Shown: piece after piece, positions 16,671 to 26,185 of the stretch | Position numbering within the stretch: the first letter of the stretch is position 1 | Layout of the letters: each line of letters opens with the position of its first letter | Source: Candidatus Saccharimonadota bacterium | GTDB taxonomy: Bacteria; Patescibacteriota; Saccharimonadia; Saccharimonadales; Saccharimonadaceae | Direction: 5' to 3' | NCBI GenBank assembly: GCA_017541245.1 | Contig: JAFXZL010000002.1 | Span: 18,877 to 82,876 of the forward strand | DNA: 64,000 bases | Notes under the pieces: model-generated | The model's database searches: none | Seen by the model: only the letters and a program-made list of their open reading frames with translations | Told to the model about the DNA's origin: nothing | Made by a program: the position numbers and the translations under genes

Positions 16671-18499
16671 TATTCTACTGTAATCTCAATTTCAACTTTA
16701 TTATCGTCATTTGGAACACTGGTTACCCAGAAGTATGATGTTTCTACATTGGCTTCGGTGACGCCATTGTAAGAACGGAGATTGGACTGAACCTTGCCAA
16801 TTTTTACGCCAAGCGATACTTCTTTAACCATGTCTTCAGTGATGCGTGGACCAGTTTTAGTGGTGCTCTTAAGCTTTGCAACCATGTTGCCATTTTCATT
16901 CTTGTAGGATTCGAAGAAGGCCTTGTCTTCTTCATCTTCTTCCGTCGCAACACCGGTCGAATAAATCATCTGAGTCTTATCGCCCTTGATCTTTTCTTCT
17001 GCAACTTTGCGGATATATGTATCAATATCGTCTTTCTTTACTGCGTAGATTACATACTTAGTTTCGCGAGCAATCTTTGGCGTAACACCATCACCAACCT
17101 CTTGATTTACGGAAGGAGACGTAGTAAAACCGCTGCTCTCGACGGCAAAGCTATTGCTAATAAGGATGTAGTCGGAACTGAACTGGCTAGTGAGCTCTTC
17201 GCGGGCTTCTTTGTCTGTCTCGCCAGTAAGTTCATTATTTGCCTTTTCGACATCTTCTGGGGAGACAACTTTTACGATTTTACTCGTACCGCCAGTCATA
17301 GCGGAGCTCGTGACGGAGTACTTCTTATTCGTCGATAAATTGAGGCTTATACCAGTGGACGTTGCGGCAATATTGTAACCTTCGCCAACTTCTTTTGCGA
17401 CTACGGCAATTTTTCCAGAGGACACAGCCACCTTCAAGCTGCAGCGCTGGAACAAGCCAACACCAGAGTATTTCACTTTCTCGGCGTCGTCTATTTTAAC
17501 ATTAGCGGATCCGCCTTCTGTTACGATATATTGTTTCCCATTAATGGTAGCTTGAGTGTTTGCTGGTATAGAAAAGCTTGAAACACCAGACGTCTCAAAG
17601 CAATCAATGGCTTCTCCCGCCGGACGAGTAACGGTGATTGTGCCGGATGCTTTCGTCCCTTTATCTACCTGGCCGGTAGCCTCGAAGTCGGCGGAAGCTT
17701 TTTTGGTAGTTTCTTTTCTCTCGGCATAGAATACGCCGTTTTCTGGGTCGGATTTAGTCTCATCTGTAACAAAACTGACAGTTTGGCTAAAGTTTGCGGG
17801 CGTGGTTTTGACCTTTACGGAGATCTTTGCGCGTGGCGCAATTGCAGTAGCCCAATAGCCAAAGCCGAAGACTACAACAAGAAGAACGGCTGCAAGGATG
17901 ATAAACTTGCGATATTTCTTGAAGTTTGGAACTTTAAGATTCTTTTTCTTTTCAGACTTCTCTTTCTTTGAAGATTTTTCGTCGCCATCCGATTCTACGT
18001 CATCCGCATCAAGCTCGAGGTCCACATCCTTCGCCTTTTTGGCGGCAGCCACAGCACCAGCCTTTTTTGCGTCATCTTTTTTGCTGGTTTTTTCGGCTTT
18101 CTTTTGATGAGTTTCCTCTTCTGGTTCTTCCTCTTCCTCTGGCTCTTCTGCGTCGTCGTCAGTAATTGCGTCTTCGTCAGACGCGTCTTCGTCTTTATCG
18201 CCAAATTCTTTTGCGGAATCAGAGTTTGGAAGTTTTGGCTTGCTTTGAAGAGTTTTAGCAGTTGGCATTTTGACCTTATCTGCGAGAGCAAGCAAGGAAT
18301 TATCCGAGGTAATCAAAACTACGGTTTTTTCATGCTGATTAGCGGTCTTTGCAATAAGCTTAAAATTGACAGCGCTTTGGAGAACGCCGGCCTTTTTTGG
18401 TGGAACGAGCGCGATGATTTTATTCTTCGCGTCCTTGATGTTGGCCAGAATATCGGTTATATCATCTTCTGGCTCAATATAGATGACGTCTTTATTCAT
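16670..18499 (-). CDS. large membrane protein with an acidic/lysine-rich linker, unknown function
   Basis: 609-aa ORF. It has an N-terminal globular part, a D/E/K-rich low-complexity region, one TM (FIILAAVLLVVVFGFGYWATAIA) and a roughly 380-aa extracytoplasmic domain. The stop overlaps the ruvX start. Confidence 0.65.
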   Translation of the reverse strand: MNKDVIYIEPEDDITDILANIKDAKNKIIALVPPKKAGVLQSAVNFKLIAKTANQHEKTVVLITSDNSLLALADKVKMPTAKTLQSKPKLPNSDSAKEFGDKDEDASDEDAITDDDAEEPEEEEEPEEETHQKKAEKTSKKDDAKKAGAVAAAKKAKDVDLELDADDVESDGDEKSSKKEKSEKKKNLKVPNFKKYRKFIILAAVLLVVVFGFGYWATAIAPRAKISVKVKTTPANFSQTVSFVTDETKSDPENGVFYAERKETTKKASADFEATGQVDKGTKASGTITVTRPAGEAIDCFETSGVSSFSIPANTQATINGKQYIVTEGGSANVKIDDAEKVKYSGVGLFQRCSLKVAVSSGKIAVVAKEVGEGYNIAATSTGISLNLSTNKKYSVTSSAMTGGTSKIVKVVSPEDVEKANNELTGETDKEAREELTSQFSSDYILISNSFAVESSGFTTSPSVNQEVGDGVTPKIARETKYVIYAVKKDDIDTYIRKVAEEKIKGDKTQMIYSTGVATEEDEEDKAFFESYKNENGNMVAKLKSTTKTGPRITEDMVKEVSLGVKIGKVQSNLRSYNGVTEANVETSYFWVTSVPNDDNKVEIEITVE

Positions 18500-18565
18500 A
18501 AGTAAATTATAGCATATGCATAATTTTTGAGCATCACGCGAAGAGCTTGTGCTAAAATGAGGTAA

Positions 18566-19843
18566 ATGGGTCTATTCAGTCGAAAGACCGTATCGGTGGG
18601 CAATGAACCCGCGTCGGTCGAAAACACAAAACCAGTCGATGCTGCTCGTAGTAATCTAAATGAGCTCGTTTTGCAGTCCATTCACGAAGGCGTCATTATC
18701 GTCGACAAATTTGGCAATATTCAGCTCGCGAACCCGGCTGCCTGTAGACTTCTTGGGCGTAGTGCTGATGAACTTTCTAAGGTGTATTACGACTCCGTTA
18801 TCAACTTACTAGATAAGACTGGTCAGCGTATTTCTGAAGGTCGCAACCCGATTGGTCTTGCCGTCAAGGGCAACGAATACAAGGAAGAGACTCGCGATCT
18901 AGATGTAGTCGCCGCCGATAGCAACAAGAATACTCCGGTTTCGATTATTATTACTCCGACCGACAGCGAAGGATCAAACTTCGTCGTTACATTCCGTGAT
19001 ATTGCGCAGGAACTCCGCGAAGAGCGTGAGCGCTCGGACTTTATTTCTACCGCTAGTCACGAGATGCGCACACCGGTTGCAAGTATCCGTGGTTATCTAG
19101 ATTTAGTATTGAATCCGGCAACCGCCACAATTGACGATCGTGCACGCGGCTTCATTGAGAAGGCACAGGAAAACTCAAAACACTTGGGTCGCCTTTTCCA
19201 GGATTTGCTTGACACATCCAAGCTCGATGATGGCCAAATTACGCCACGCATGGAGCCGGTAGAAATTGTTGATTTAGTAAAGAATATTTCTGACGCGCAG
19301 ATTCCAAAGATTAAGGAAAAGGGCTTGGGCTATCAGTTTGGTAGTGGGTCCGTCGACCAACAGCTGAGTGGTGGTAAGCGCATTGAGCAGGTTATCTATG
19401 CCAGCATCGATCCAGACTTCTTAACTGAGATTATTAACAACCTTATCGAAAACGCTATTAAGTACACACCAGCCGGTTGGGTTACCGTTAACGTTCGTGC
19501 AGATAACTACAATGTTCAGATTGTCGTACAGGATACTGGTATTGGTATTGCGCGCGAAGAGCTAAGTCACGTATTCCAGAAGTTTTACCGCGTAGACAAT
19601 CGCGACACGCGCGAAATTGGTGGCACTGGTCTTGGTCTTTATCTTGTAAAACAACGCGTCGAGGCCATGAATGGTCGCATTTGGGCAGAAAGCCAGCAAG
19701 GACAAGGCACGCGTTTTATCGTGCTCTTCCCTAGAATTTCTCAGGAGCAATACGCGCAACAGCGCTTCTTATTGGATAATCAAGTCCAACAAGAAATGAA
19801 TAAACAAAAGCAGCCAACCATTAGTGACCCGCTAATGCCTTAA
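18566..19843 (+). CDS. cytoplasmic sensor histidine kinase (PAS-like, HisKA and HATPase_c)
   Basis: H-box is SHEMRTPVASIRGYLD, N-box is NLIENAIKYT, G1 is DTGIGI and G2 is GGTGLGLYL. No TM segment. TGTGCTAAAAT lies 7 nt upstream of the ATG. Confidence 0.85.
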   Translation: MGLFSRKTVSVGNEPASVENTKPVDAARSNLNELVLQSIHEGVIIVDKFGNIQLANPAACRLLGRSADELSKVYYDSVINLLDKTGQRISEGRNPIGLAVKGNEYKEETRDLDVVAADSNKNTPVSIIITPTDSEGSNFVVTFRDIAQELREERERSDFISTASHEMRTPVASIRGYLDLVLNPATATIDDRARGFIEKAQENSKHLGRLFQDLLDTSKLDDGQITPRMEPVEIVDLVKNISDAQIPKIKEKGLGYQFGSGSVDQQLSGGKRIEQVIYASIDPDFLTEIINNLIENAIKYTPAGWVTVNVRADNYNVQIVVQDTGIGIAREELSHVFQKFYRVDNRDTREIGGTGLGLYLVKQRVEAMNGRIWAESQQGQGTRFIVLFPRISQEQYAQQRFLLDNQVQQEMNKQKQPTISDPLMP

Positions 19844-19899
19844 ATCTTTTGCCGTTTTTATAGATTTTTGCTTCGAAATAGAATATAATCATAAGTAGT

Positions 19900-20688
19900 A
19901 TGACTAGGATTATGTTAGTCGAGGACGATAAGTCCTTGCGAGAAATATATAGCATTAGGTTGGTCGCCGAAGGCTACGATATCATCTCTGCAGGCGACGG
20001 CGAGGAAGCACTCGCGTTGGCCGTGCAGTACAAGCCGGAGCTCATCATTGCAGATGTGATGATGCCAAAAATTTCTGGCTTCGATATGCTCGATATCCTT
20101 CGTTCTCAGCCTGAGACAAGCAAGATTAAAGTAATTATGATGACGGCACTTTCTAGTGACGAACAGCGTCAACGTGGCGAAGCCCTAGGCGCAGAGCGCT
20201 ATCTAGTAAAGTCCCAGGTTGGCATTGAGGACGTCATCGCGACAGTCCACGAAGTTCTTGGCGATGCGCCAAATTCGAATGCTCAGGCAAATATGGATAC
20301 TGCCGCCGCTATGCCTGCAGTAGAAGCCGCAATTAAAGAGCAGCAGCCAGCAGAAGCGCCGCTTCCTGATACTACAGAACTTAATGCCGTAGAAACGACT
20401 CCAACCACTACGATTGAGCCAACCAATTCCAATATTCCGGCACCAACAACTAGCCAGATTATCCCAGATTCTCCAACAGAATTGCCTGTAGATAATCCTG
20501 CGCCAGCACCGGCCGCACCAGTCGCTCCGGTCACTCCAGCACCGGCCCCAGCGCCAGCTCCGGCTCCAGCACCGGCCCCAGCGCCAGCGCCAATTGCTCC
20601 AACTCCAGTTGGCCCAGCGCCGATTGCGCCACCAGAACCAGCACCAATGACGAGTCCTGACCAGATTCCACCAGCTGATTTCCAATAA
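19900..20688 (+). CDS. response regulator with a receiver domain only, plus a ~140-aa Pro/Ala/Thr-rich tail
   Basis: Receiver residues are present: VEDD, IIADVMMP (phospho-Asp), MMTALS and YLVKS. There is no HTH or enzymatic output. The tail contains PAPAPAPAPAPAPAP. Confidence 0.8.
   Translation: MTRIMLVEDDKSLREIYSIRLVAEGYDIISAGDGEEALALAVQYKPELIIADVMMPKISGFDMLDILRSQPETSKIKVIMMTALSSDEQRQRGEALGAERYLVKSQVGIEDVIATVHEVLGDAPNSNAQANMDTAAAMPAVEAAIKEQQPAEAPLPDTTELNAVETTPTTTIEPTNSNIPAPTTSQIIPDSPTELPVDNPAPAPAAPVAPVTPAPAPAPAPAPAPAPAPAPIAPTPVGPAPIAPPEPAPMTSPDQIPPADFQ
20536..20588 (+). repeat. 30-bp tandem duplication inside the (Pro-Ala)n coding region
   Basis: CCAGCACCGGCCCCAGCGCCAGC occurs at 20536-20558 and again at 20566-20588. 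Confidence 0.7.
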
Positions 20689-20714
20689 TTTATTAATTTT
20701 TGTATTACCGCAAA

Positions 20715-22106
20715 ATGCCACCATCACCATCAGAAGCCACTAATGTGCCACCAAATGGGCAAGTGCCGATGCCGCCGAGTCCAGCAGCACCGGCTAATAC
20801 TTCTGATGCCAAGCAAATTGCGGAAGCTCAAGCACAACTCCTAGCCAAAGCTATTATTGAAGCACAAAATATGGCCGTGGCGCCGCCTGAACAGTTTAAA
20901 GAAGGTAGCCAACAGGCCAGTTTGGATGCGCCCGGTTCCGAAGGTGCCAGCATGTTTATAGACACAGACAAAGCGCCACAGGTCACCGAGCAACAGAGGG
21001 CCCAAACAACTTCTAGCGATCACGGCGAACGCGTGATTCAGCCGATTCATGATATTGTCATGGAACAGAAGCGCGAAGATATGCAGAAACGCATGTCTGA
21101 GCTACTAGGTGATACTGACGCAGAGCCGACGCAGATTAATACCAATACTGCAAAGCACGTCAATGATGCCAATGTAAGAATGACTGTGCAAAATGCAACG
21201 CAGGCAAGCGAACAGATTCCGATGCCCGTCGCTGTACCACAAATGGGCGCACAGCCACAACCGGCGCCACAGCCAATACCGCAACCACAGCAGTATCAAC
21301 AGACCGTCCCCGCTGGCTATGCGCAGAATATTTACGCACAAGGATATCAGCAAGAATCATTCATCAATCCAGCTCAGACCGTAATGGCGCAGATGCAGGC
21401 AGCTCAAGTTCAGGCGCCGCAGATGTATTATTTACAACAGCAGCAAGCACAGCAACAAACCATGCAAAGTATGGATCCGCGTGCAGCCGCAATCCAATTA
21501 CAGCAGCTCCAGGCAGAAGAAGCGCGTAGAACTCAATACGACCAAGTCGCCGCGGCACAAATAGCACAGCAACAGGCCCAGCAGCTCGCGCAACAACAAG
21601 CTATATCTCAACAGCAGGCACTTGCTCAGCAGCAAGCCGCACGTGCTCAGGCTGCAGCTTTGACCCCAGCAGCACCGCACAAAAACTTGCGCGTAAATGA
21701 TACCGTTGTAAAGAGGGCCGCTCAGGCAACTATTCTGCAAACTCAAAAGGGCCAGCAGCAGCCACAGCAACAGCCACAAGAAGAACCAGTACAGGTTATT
21801 CAACCAGCCTATATAACTCAGCTAGAGACAGAATTGGCGGGCGACATGCAACAAAAAGGTAAAATGTCAGCGATGCAGCGTGCAATGATGGCAGAACTTG
21901 CCGACGACGAAATTACGCTCGAGGCCAGCAAGATTGACGTAAAACCAGATCCAGCCAAGTTGGCACCAAAACGAGAAGTCGACAACACGCCAAAAGAAGT
22001 TCTTGCCGCAATGCAAAGCGCAGCAAGCCCGAATATTGCCACCAATCCAAATATTGCGCCTAGTACTCCAACCGAGATAAACGCAGATATCAAGCATGAC
22101 CAATAA
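20715..22106 (+). CDS. Gln/Ala/Pro-rich low-complexity protein, unknown function
   Basis: ATG at 20715, 27 nt after the RR stop. The N-terminus is Pro-rich and long Q/A tracts follow (QQQQAQQQ, AQQQAQQLAQQQAISQQQALAQQQAA). No TM segment. Confidence 0.55.
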   Translation: MPPSPSEATNVPPNGQVPMPPSPAAPANTSDAKQIAEAQAQLLAKAIIEAQNMAVAPPEQFKEGSQQASLDAPGSEGASMFIDTDKAPQVTEQQRAQTTSSDHGERVIQPIHDIVMEQKREDMQKRMSELLGDTDAEPTQINTNTAKHVNDANVRMTVQNATQASEQIPMPVAVPQMGAQPQPAPQPIPQPQQYQQTVPAGYAQNIYAQGYQQESFINPAQTVMAQMQAAQVQAPQMYYLQQQQAQQQTMQSMDPRAAAIQLQQLQAEEARRTQYDQVAAAQIAQQQAQQLAQQQAISQQQALAQQQAARAQAAALTPAAPHKNLRVNDTVVKRAAQATILQTQKGQQQPQQQPQEEPVQVIQPAYITQLETELAGDMQQKGKMSAMQRAMMAELADDEITLEASKIDVKPDPAKLAPKREVDNTPKEVLAAMQSAASPNIATNPNIAPSTPTEINADIKHDQ

Positions 22107-22782
22107 CGAAATCCGTTTAAACAAATATATCGCGACTAATTTTGGCGTCTCGCGACGCGAAGCCGATGAGCTAATTGCAGCTGGTCGCGTAAAGATAAAT
22201 GACAAAAAAGCCGAAATCGGCATGCGCGCACATGAAGGCGACACGATTACCGTTGATGGTAGAAACATTCTAGAACAAGAACCTGTCTACTTGGCCTTAC
22301 ATAAGCCGGTCGGTTACGTTTGTAGCCGCAAGAAACAGGGCGATACTCCGACTCTATACGATTTATTGCCAAAAAAGTATCAAGTCTTAAAAACAGTTGG
22401 ACGCCTAGATAAAGATTCGTCTGGATTGATTTTACTTACCAACGATGGCGACTTTGCTTTTCAGATGACTCATCCAAAGTTTTCTAAGACTAAGTTATAC
22501 ACCGTTGAAATTGATCGAGATTTAGAGCCACTACACCAACAAATGATTGCAGATTTTGGCATTCAGCTACCAGATGGTAGAAGCCAAATGGGACTATCTA
22601 AGATTGGTGAAAGCAGAAAGAAATGGGACGTCTCAATTTCCGAAGGCAGAAACAGACAAATCCGCCGCACTTTTGAAGCGCTAGGATACAAGGTTGTCTC
22701 ACTGCATAGATATAAATTTGGACCATACGAGCTTAGTGGCCTACCAGAAGGCGAATTTACGGAAGTCAAAAAAGCGCTCTAG
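22096..22782 (+). CDS. pseudouridine synthase, RsuA/RluB family (S4 domain plus catalytic domain)
   Basis: An S4-like N-terminus (RLNKYIATNFGVSRREADELI) and the catalytic motif GRLDKDSSGLILLTNDG. Confidence 0.85.
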   Translation: MTNNEIRLNKYIATNFGVSRREADELIAAGRVKINDKKAEIGMRAHEGDTITVDGRNILEQEPVYLALHKPVGYVCSRKKQGDTPTLYDLLPKKYQVLKTVGRLDKDSSGLILLTNDGDFAFQMTHPKFSKTKLYTVEIDRDLEPLHQQMIADFGIQLPDGRSQMGLSKIGESRKKWDVSISEGRNRQIRRTFEALGYKVVSLHRYKFGPYELSGLPEGEFTEVKKAL

Positions 22783-22807
22783 AGAAAAACTCAGAGCGCT
22801 ATTTTTT
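22773..22807. terminator. bidirectional intrinsic terminator between convergent genes
   Basis: AGCGCTCT, a 12-nt loop, then AGAGCGCT. It is flanked by an A-run (22767-22772) and a T-run (22802-22807). Confidence 0.7.
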
Positions 22808-24095
22808 AATTTTTTAGTAGGCGTGCGATTTTTGCGCGGAGGCCGGAATTGTCGGTGCCAATTAGCGTATCTATGCCAACGCGAAGTAGACCCATAGCGG
22901 TAACAAAAGTATGGTCCAATTCCCTATCCGTAGCGTTAATAATGCCTGGAATATCATCCGGCTCGATAAGGCTTACGATTGGCCTACGCGAAAATGGAAG
23001 TTCCTTATACCAGTTGCCAGTGGCGAGAATCTCTGGAATTTGGGAGAGGCTAGCGCCGCCGCCACATAATAGAATCTGACCAGGAAGACTCTCGACATGC
23101 TCAAATTCTTCTATTGCAAGTTCTACGCCTGCTTGCCAGACGTCTAGGTTGCGCGCGATTGCCTGATCGAAACGCTTGCGGATTTCTGGCTTCATGTCTG
23201 GACTGTCGGCAAGGAGTTTTAGTTTTTCCGCATCTTCGAAGCTAAGACCGAGTTTTTCGGAAATCTGGTGCGTAAAGCTGCGGCCACCAATCGAGAACAT
23301 CTTCGTGCCCTCTACGCCGCCATCGTCAACGATTGCAATATCCGTGGTTCCGCCACCAATGTCCATAACGATGCCAGAGAAAGTAGATTCGATATCATCG
23401 CCGAGACAGGCGCGGCATACAGCAAATGGCTCAACGGCAACGGTTACTAGGTCGAGTTGAAGCTCGTCGCAGACGCGCTCGATTGCAGAAATATGCACGA
23501 GTGGTGCAAAAGCCGTATAGATTTGGACAGTGACTTCTGTGCCCTTAAAACCGATTGGATTTGTAACTTTGTGGCCATCAATCTGCAATGAAACAAGCGC
23601 GGAATTAATCAGGCGAACTTCGACGTCTGGATTATTCGTCTCCAGTGCTACTTCCCTGCGGGCGCGCTCGCCAGCTTTTTGCTGAACTTTCTTAATAATC
23701 TTGGACATTTCGTCGTCGGTAATAGCTTTATCCGATTCTGCGCGACGGTATTTAATCGAGGCCGTGTTGCCTTTAATGAGCTCGCCAGCAATACCAACTA
23801 CAACTTCTTTCGCGCGGACGCCGGCCATTTCTTCGGCCTTCACAAGAGCTTCTTCGCAAGTTTTTGCGACGCCTTGAATATCTGCAATTGCACCAGAAGA
23901 CATGTTGGTGGCAGCCTCATGTGCCTTACCAACGCCAACGATTTTGATATCGCCTTTGCTCTTCTTTGCAATCAAGGCTTTGACGTATTCTGTACCAATA
24001 TCTAGCGCCAAAAGATAATCGTCTGGATCTTTAGTCTTTTTCTTCTCTTTTTCGGACTCTGGCTTGTAACTCTTTTTGCGCGAAAATATGCTCAT
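22806..24095 (-). CDS. ftsA: cell-division protein FtsA (actin-like ATPase)
   Basis: Actin-fold phosphate motifs LALDIGTEYVKALIA and VMDIGGGTTDIAIV. A C-terminal amphipathic helix is present (GLRAKIARLLKN). The start is taken at MSIFSRKK (24095), where TATAAT lies 6 nt upstream. Confidence 0.75.
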   Translation of the reverse strand: MSIFSRKKSYKPESEKEKKKTKDPDDYLLALDIGTEYVKALIAKKSKGDIKIVGVGKAHEAATNMSSGAIADIQGVAKTCEEALVKAEEMAGVRAKEVVVGIAGELIKGNTASIKYRRAESDKAITDDEMSKIIKKVQQKAGERARREVALETNNPDVEVRLINSALVSLQIDGHKVTNPIGFKGTEVTVQIYTAFAPLVHISAIERVCDELQLDLVTVAVEPFAVCRACLGDDIESTFSGIVMDIGGGTTDIAIVDDGGVEGTKMFSIGGRSFTHQISEKLGLSFEDAEKLKLLADSPDMKPEIRKRFDQAIARNLDVWQAGVELAIEEFEHVESLPGQILLCGGGASLSQIPEILATGNWYKELPFSRRPIVSLIEPDDIPGIINATDRELDHTFVTAMGLLRVGIDTLIGTDNSGLRAKIARLLKN

Positions 24096-24124
24096 GGTTT
24101 TATTATAACACCTACCCATAAAAA

Positions 24125-24148
24125 ATATCTCCCGCTACGGGGAGATAT
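24125..24148 (-). terminator. intrinsic terminator of alaS
   Basis: ATATCTCCC, a loop, then GGGAGATAT, followed on the minus strand by a T-run. The same stem sequence occurs at 47205-47226. Confidence 0.7.
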
Positions 24149-24155
24149 TATGTTT

Positions 24156-26030
24156 CTATTCTACGATAGCTTTGATGCGACGGACGCCAGCGGAGCTGGA
24201 TTCTTCCTTCTTAATCTTGAAGTGGCCAATTACGCCAGTGTGTTCGACGTGAGGGCCGCCACAAACTTCGCGAGAAACCGGGTTGTCGAAGTCGCCAATT
24301 GTGTAGACAGTAAGCTTTTCTGGATACTTATCCCAGAACTGACCATGAGCCTTAAGCGTATCGCGCGCATAGGCCTTATCATATTCATCATGAACAACCT
24401 TAAGATCTGCCCTAATCCATTCGTTAACTTGGTCTTCGACCTGCTGTTTTTCTTCTGGAGTTAGCTTGCGGTCGAGGTTAAAGTCAAAGCGCAGGCGCTC
24501 GGCAGTAATATTGGAACCCTGCTGGCCGATTTCTGGATCAATTAACTTCTGTAAAGCAGCGAGAAGCAAGTGGGTTGCCGTATGATACTTCGTGGTTTGC
24601 TCGCCATGATCTTCGAGGCCGCCCTTAAACATGCCTTTACTTGCAGTCTTAGAACGTTCACGCTGCTCTTCGAGGGCTGCATCAAATTCTGCACGCCAGT
24701 TTTCGGTAAGTGGGATATCTTGACGATATGCTTCCTCGACGGAAAGCTCCATTGGGAAGCCGTAAGTATCCTGAAGCATAAAGAGCTCTTTGCCAGTGAG
24801 GCCATCTTTCTGGAAGCGGGAGAGTTCTTTCATGCCACGGCGTAGCGTCTTGCGGAATGCCTGCTCTTCGTGACTGAGAACATCAAGAACATCTTCACGC
24901 GTAGTAAGAATACTATCTGGAAGATCTTTATAGTTATCGGCAATGAGCGGAAGTACCTCGGCGAGGAAATCTTGCTCGATGCCGAGATTAAGGGCCTTAA
25001 GAATAGCGCGGCGAATAAGACGACGGAGCGCATAACCCTGTTGTTTGTTGGAAGGCTTGAGGCCTTGTGCGGTAAGAAGATAAGCGCCACGGAGATGGTC
25101 CGCAATAACGCGCATCTCGGCGGTATTTGCCTCGTAGCTCTTGCCGGAAAGTTCGACAAGTTTGTCTACGATTGGCTTTAGAAGTGAAATTTTGAATACG
25201 TCATAAGAATCCATAGATGCGGCAGTGATGCGCTCGAGGCCTGCGCCGAAGTCGACGTTTTTGTTTTCGAGCTCTTCAAAGCTACCGTCCTCTAGGCGGC
25301 GATACTGCATAAAGACCTGATTACCAATTTCCATAAAGCGGGCGCCATCGGATGCTGGATGAGCCTTGCCATATTTTTGTTCATCCTGATGTTCCTCGCC
25401 AAAGTCATAGAAGACCTCGGAGTCTGGACCACATGGGTCGCCGATTGGAGTAGTTTCGATACCACCACCGCGAGACCACCAGTTTTCCTTGTCGTTATAG
25501 AAGAAGATGCGTTCTTTGCCCTTGATGCCGCGCTTGTCACCATTTTCTGCGGTGTCGATTTCGGCGATTTCGGCTTCAATGCCAGCTTCTTTGAAAACTT
25601 CCTGCCAGATATGCGCAGCCTCGTCATCGCGAGGGATGCCGTATTTTTCGCTACCAATAAAACAGGTAACGTAAATTTTGTTCGGGTCGAGGCCAACTTC
25701 CTTGGTTAGGAAAGTGAAGAAGTTGCGAATCTGCTCTTCCTTGAAATAGTCGCCGAGAGACCAGTTACCAAGCATCTCGAAAACGGTAGTGTGGCGTGGG
25801 TCGCCAACATCTTCAATATCTTGGAGGCGAAGGCATGGTTGAGAGTCGGTCAGACGCTTACCTTCCTTGTGTGGTTGGCCAAGAAGATATGGCAAAAGTG
25901 GCTGCATGCCAGAACCAGTAAATAATGTCGTCGGATCGTTTTCCAGGACAAGTGGCGCTGGCTCAATCACCACGTGACCCTTAGACTTCATAAAGTCTAA
26001 ATATTTTTGACGTACTTCACTTGCATTCAT
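24156..26030 (-). CDS. alaS: alanine-tRNA ligase, short form lacking the C-Ala domain
   Basis: N-terminal class-II AlaRS region (RQKYLDFMKSKGH, FTGSGMQP, LGNWSLGDYFK). Editing-domain motifs are HTATHLL and CGGPHV. It ends at ...GVRRIKAIVE. The ATG at 26030 has TATAAT 6 nt upstream. Confidence 0.9.
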   Translation of the reverse strand: MNASEVRQKYLDFMKSKGHVVIEPAPLVLENDPTTLFTGSGMQPLLPYLLGQPHKEGKRLTDSQPCLRLQDIEDVGDPRHTTVFEMLGNWSLGDYFKEEQIRNFFTFLTKEVGLDPNKIYVTCFIGSEKYGIPRDDEAAHIWQEVFKEAGIEAEIAEIDTAENGDKRGIKGKERIFFYNDKENWWSRGGGIETTPIGDPCGPDSEVFYDFGEEHQDEQKYGKAHPASDGARFMEIGNQVFMQYRRLEDGSFEELENKNVDFGAGLERITAASMDSYDVFKISLLKPIVDKLVELSGKSYEANTAEMRVIADHLRGAYLLTAQGLKPSNKQQGYALRRLIRRAILKALNLGIEQDFLAEVLPLIADNYKDLPDSILTTREDVLDVLSHEEQAFRKTLRRGMKELSRFQKDGLTGKELFMLQDTYGFPMELSVEEAYRQDIPLTENWRAEFDAALEEQRERSKTASKGMFKGGLEDHGEQTTKYHTATHLLLAALQKLIDPEIGQQGSNITAERLRFDFNLDRKLTPEEKQQVEDQVNEWIRADLKVVHDEYDKAYARDTLKAHGQFWDKYPEKLTVYTIGDFDNPVSREVCGGPHVEHTGVIGHFKIKKEESSSAGVRRIKAIVE

Positions 26031-26080
26031 TAGGTTATTATACAATAATCTTACAGATACGGAAAACGCTAGCGTTATAC

Positions 26081-26109
26081 TTGACTTTTGAGCATATTTG
26101 TGCTATAAT
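26081..26109 (+). promoter_or_regulatory. sigma70-type promoter of cassette B
   Basis: TTGACT (26081-26086), a 17-nt spacer, then TGTGCTATAAT (-10 at 26104-26109). Confidence 0.65.
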
Positions 26110-26185
26110 GAAGTGATAACCATTTGGGGTTATGTTTCTTCGGGGGAATTGTCCCCGCGTTCTCTAATAGGAAGGAGTGGTTCAT

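Noticed and set aside
20203-20730. 175-aa Trp/Arg/Cys-rich minus-strand ORF opposite the response-regulator tail
   Set aside because: It is the reverse-complement reading of the GC-rich (Pro-Ala)n coding repeat, and its composition is implausible for a real protein.
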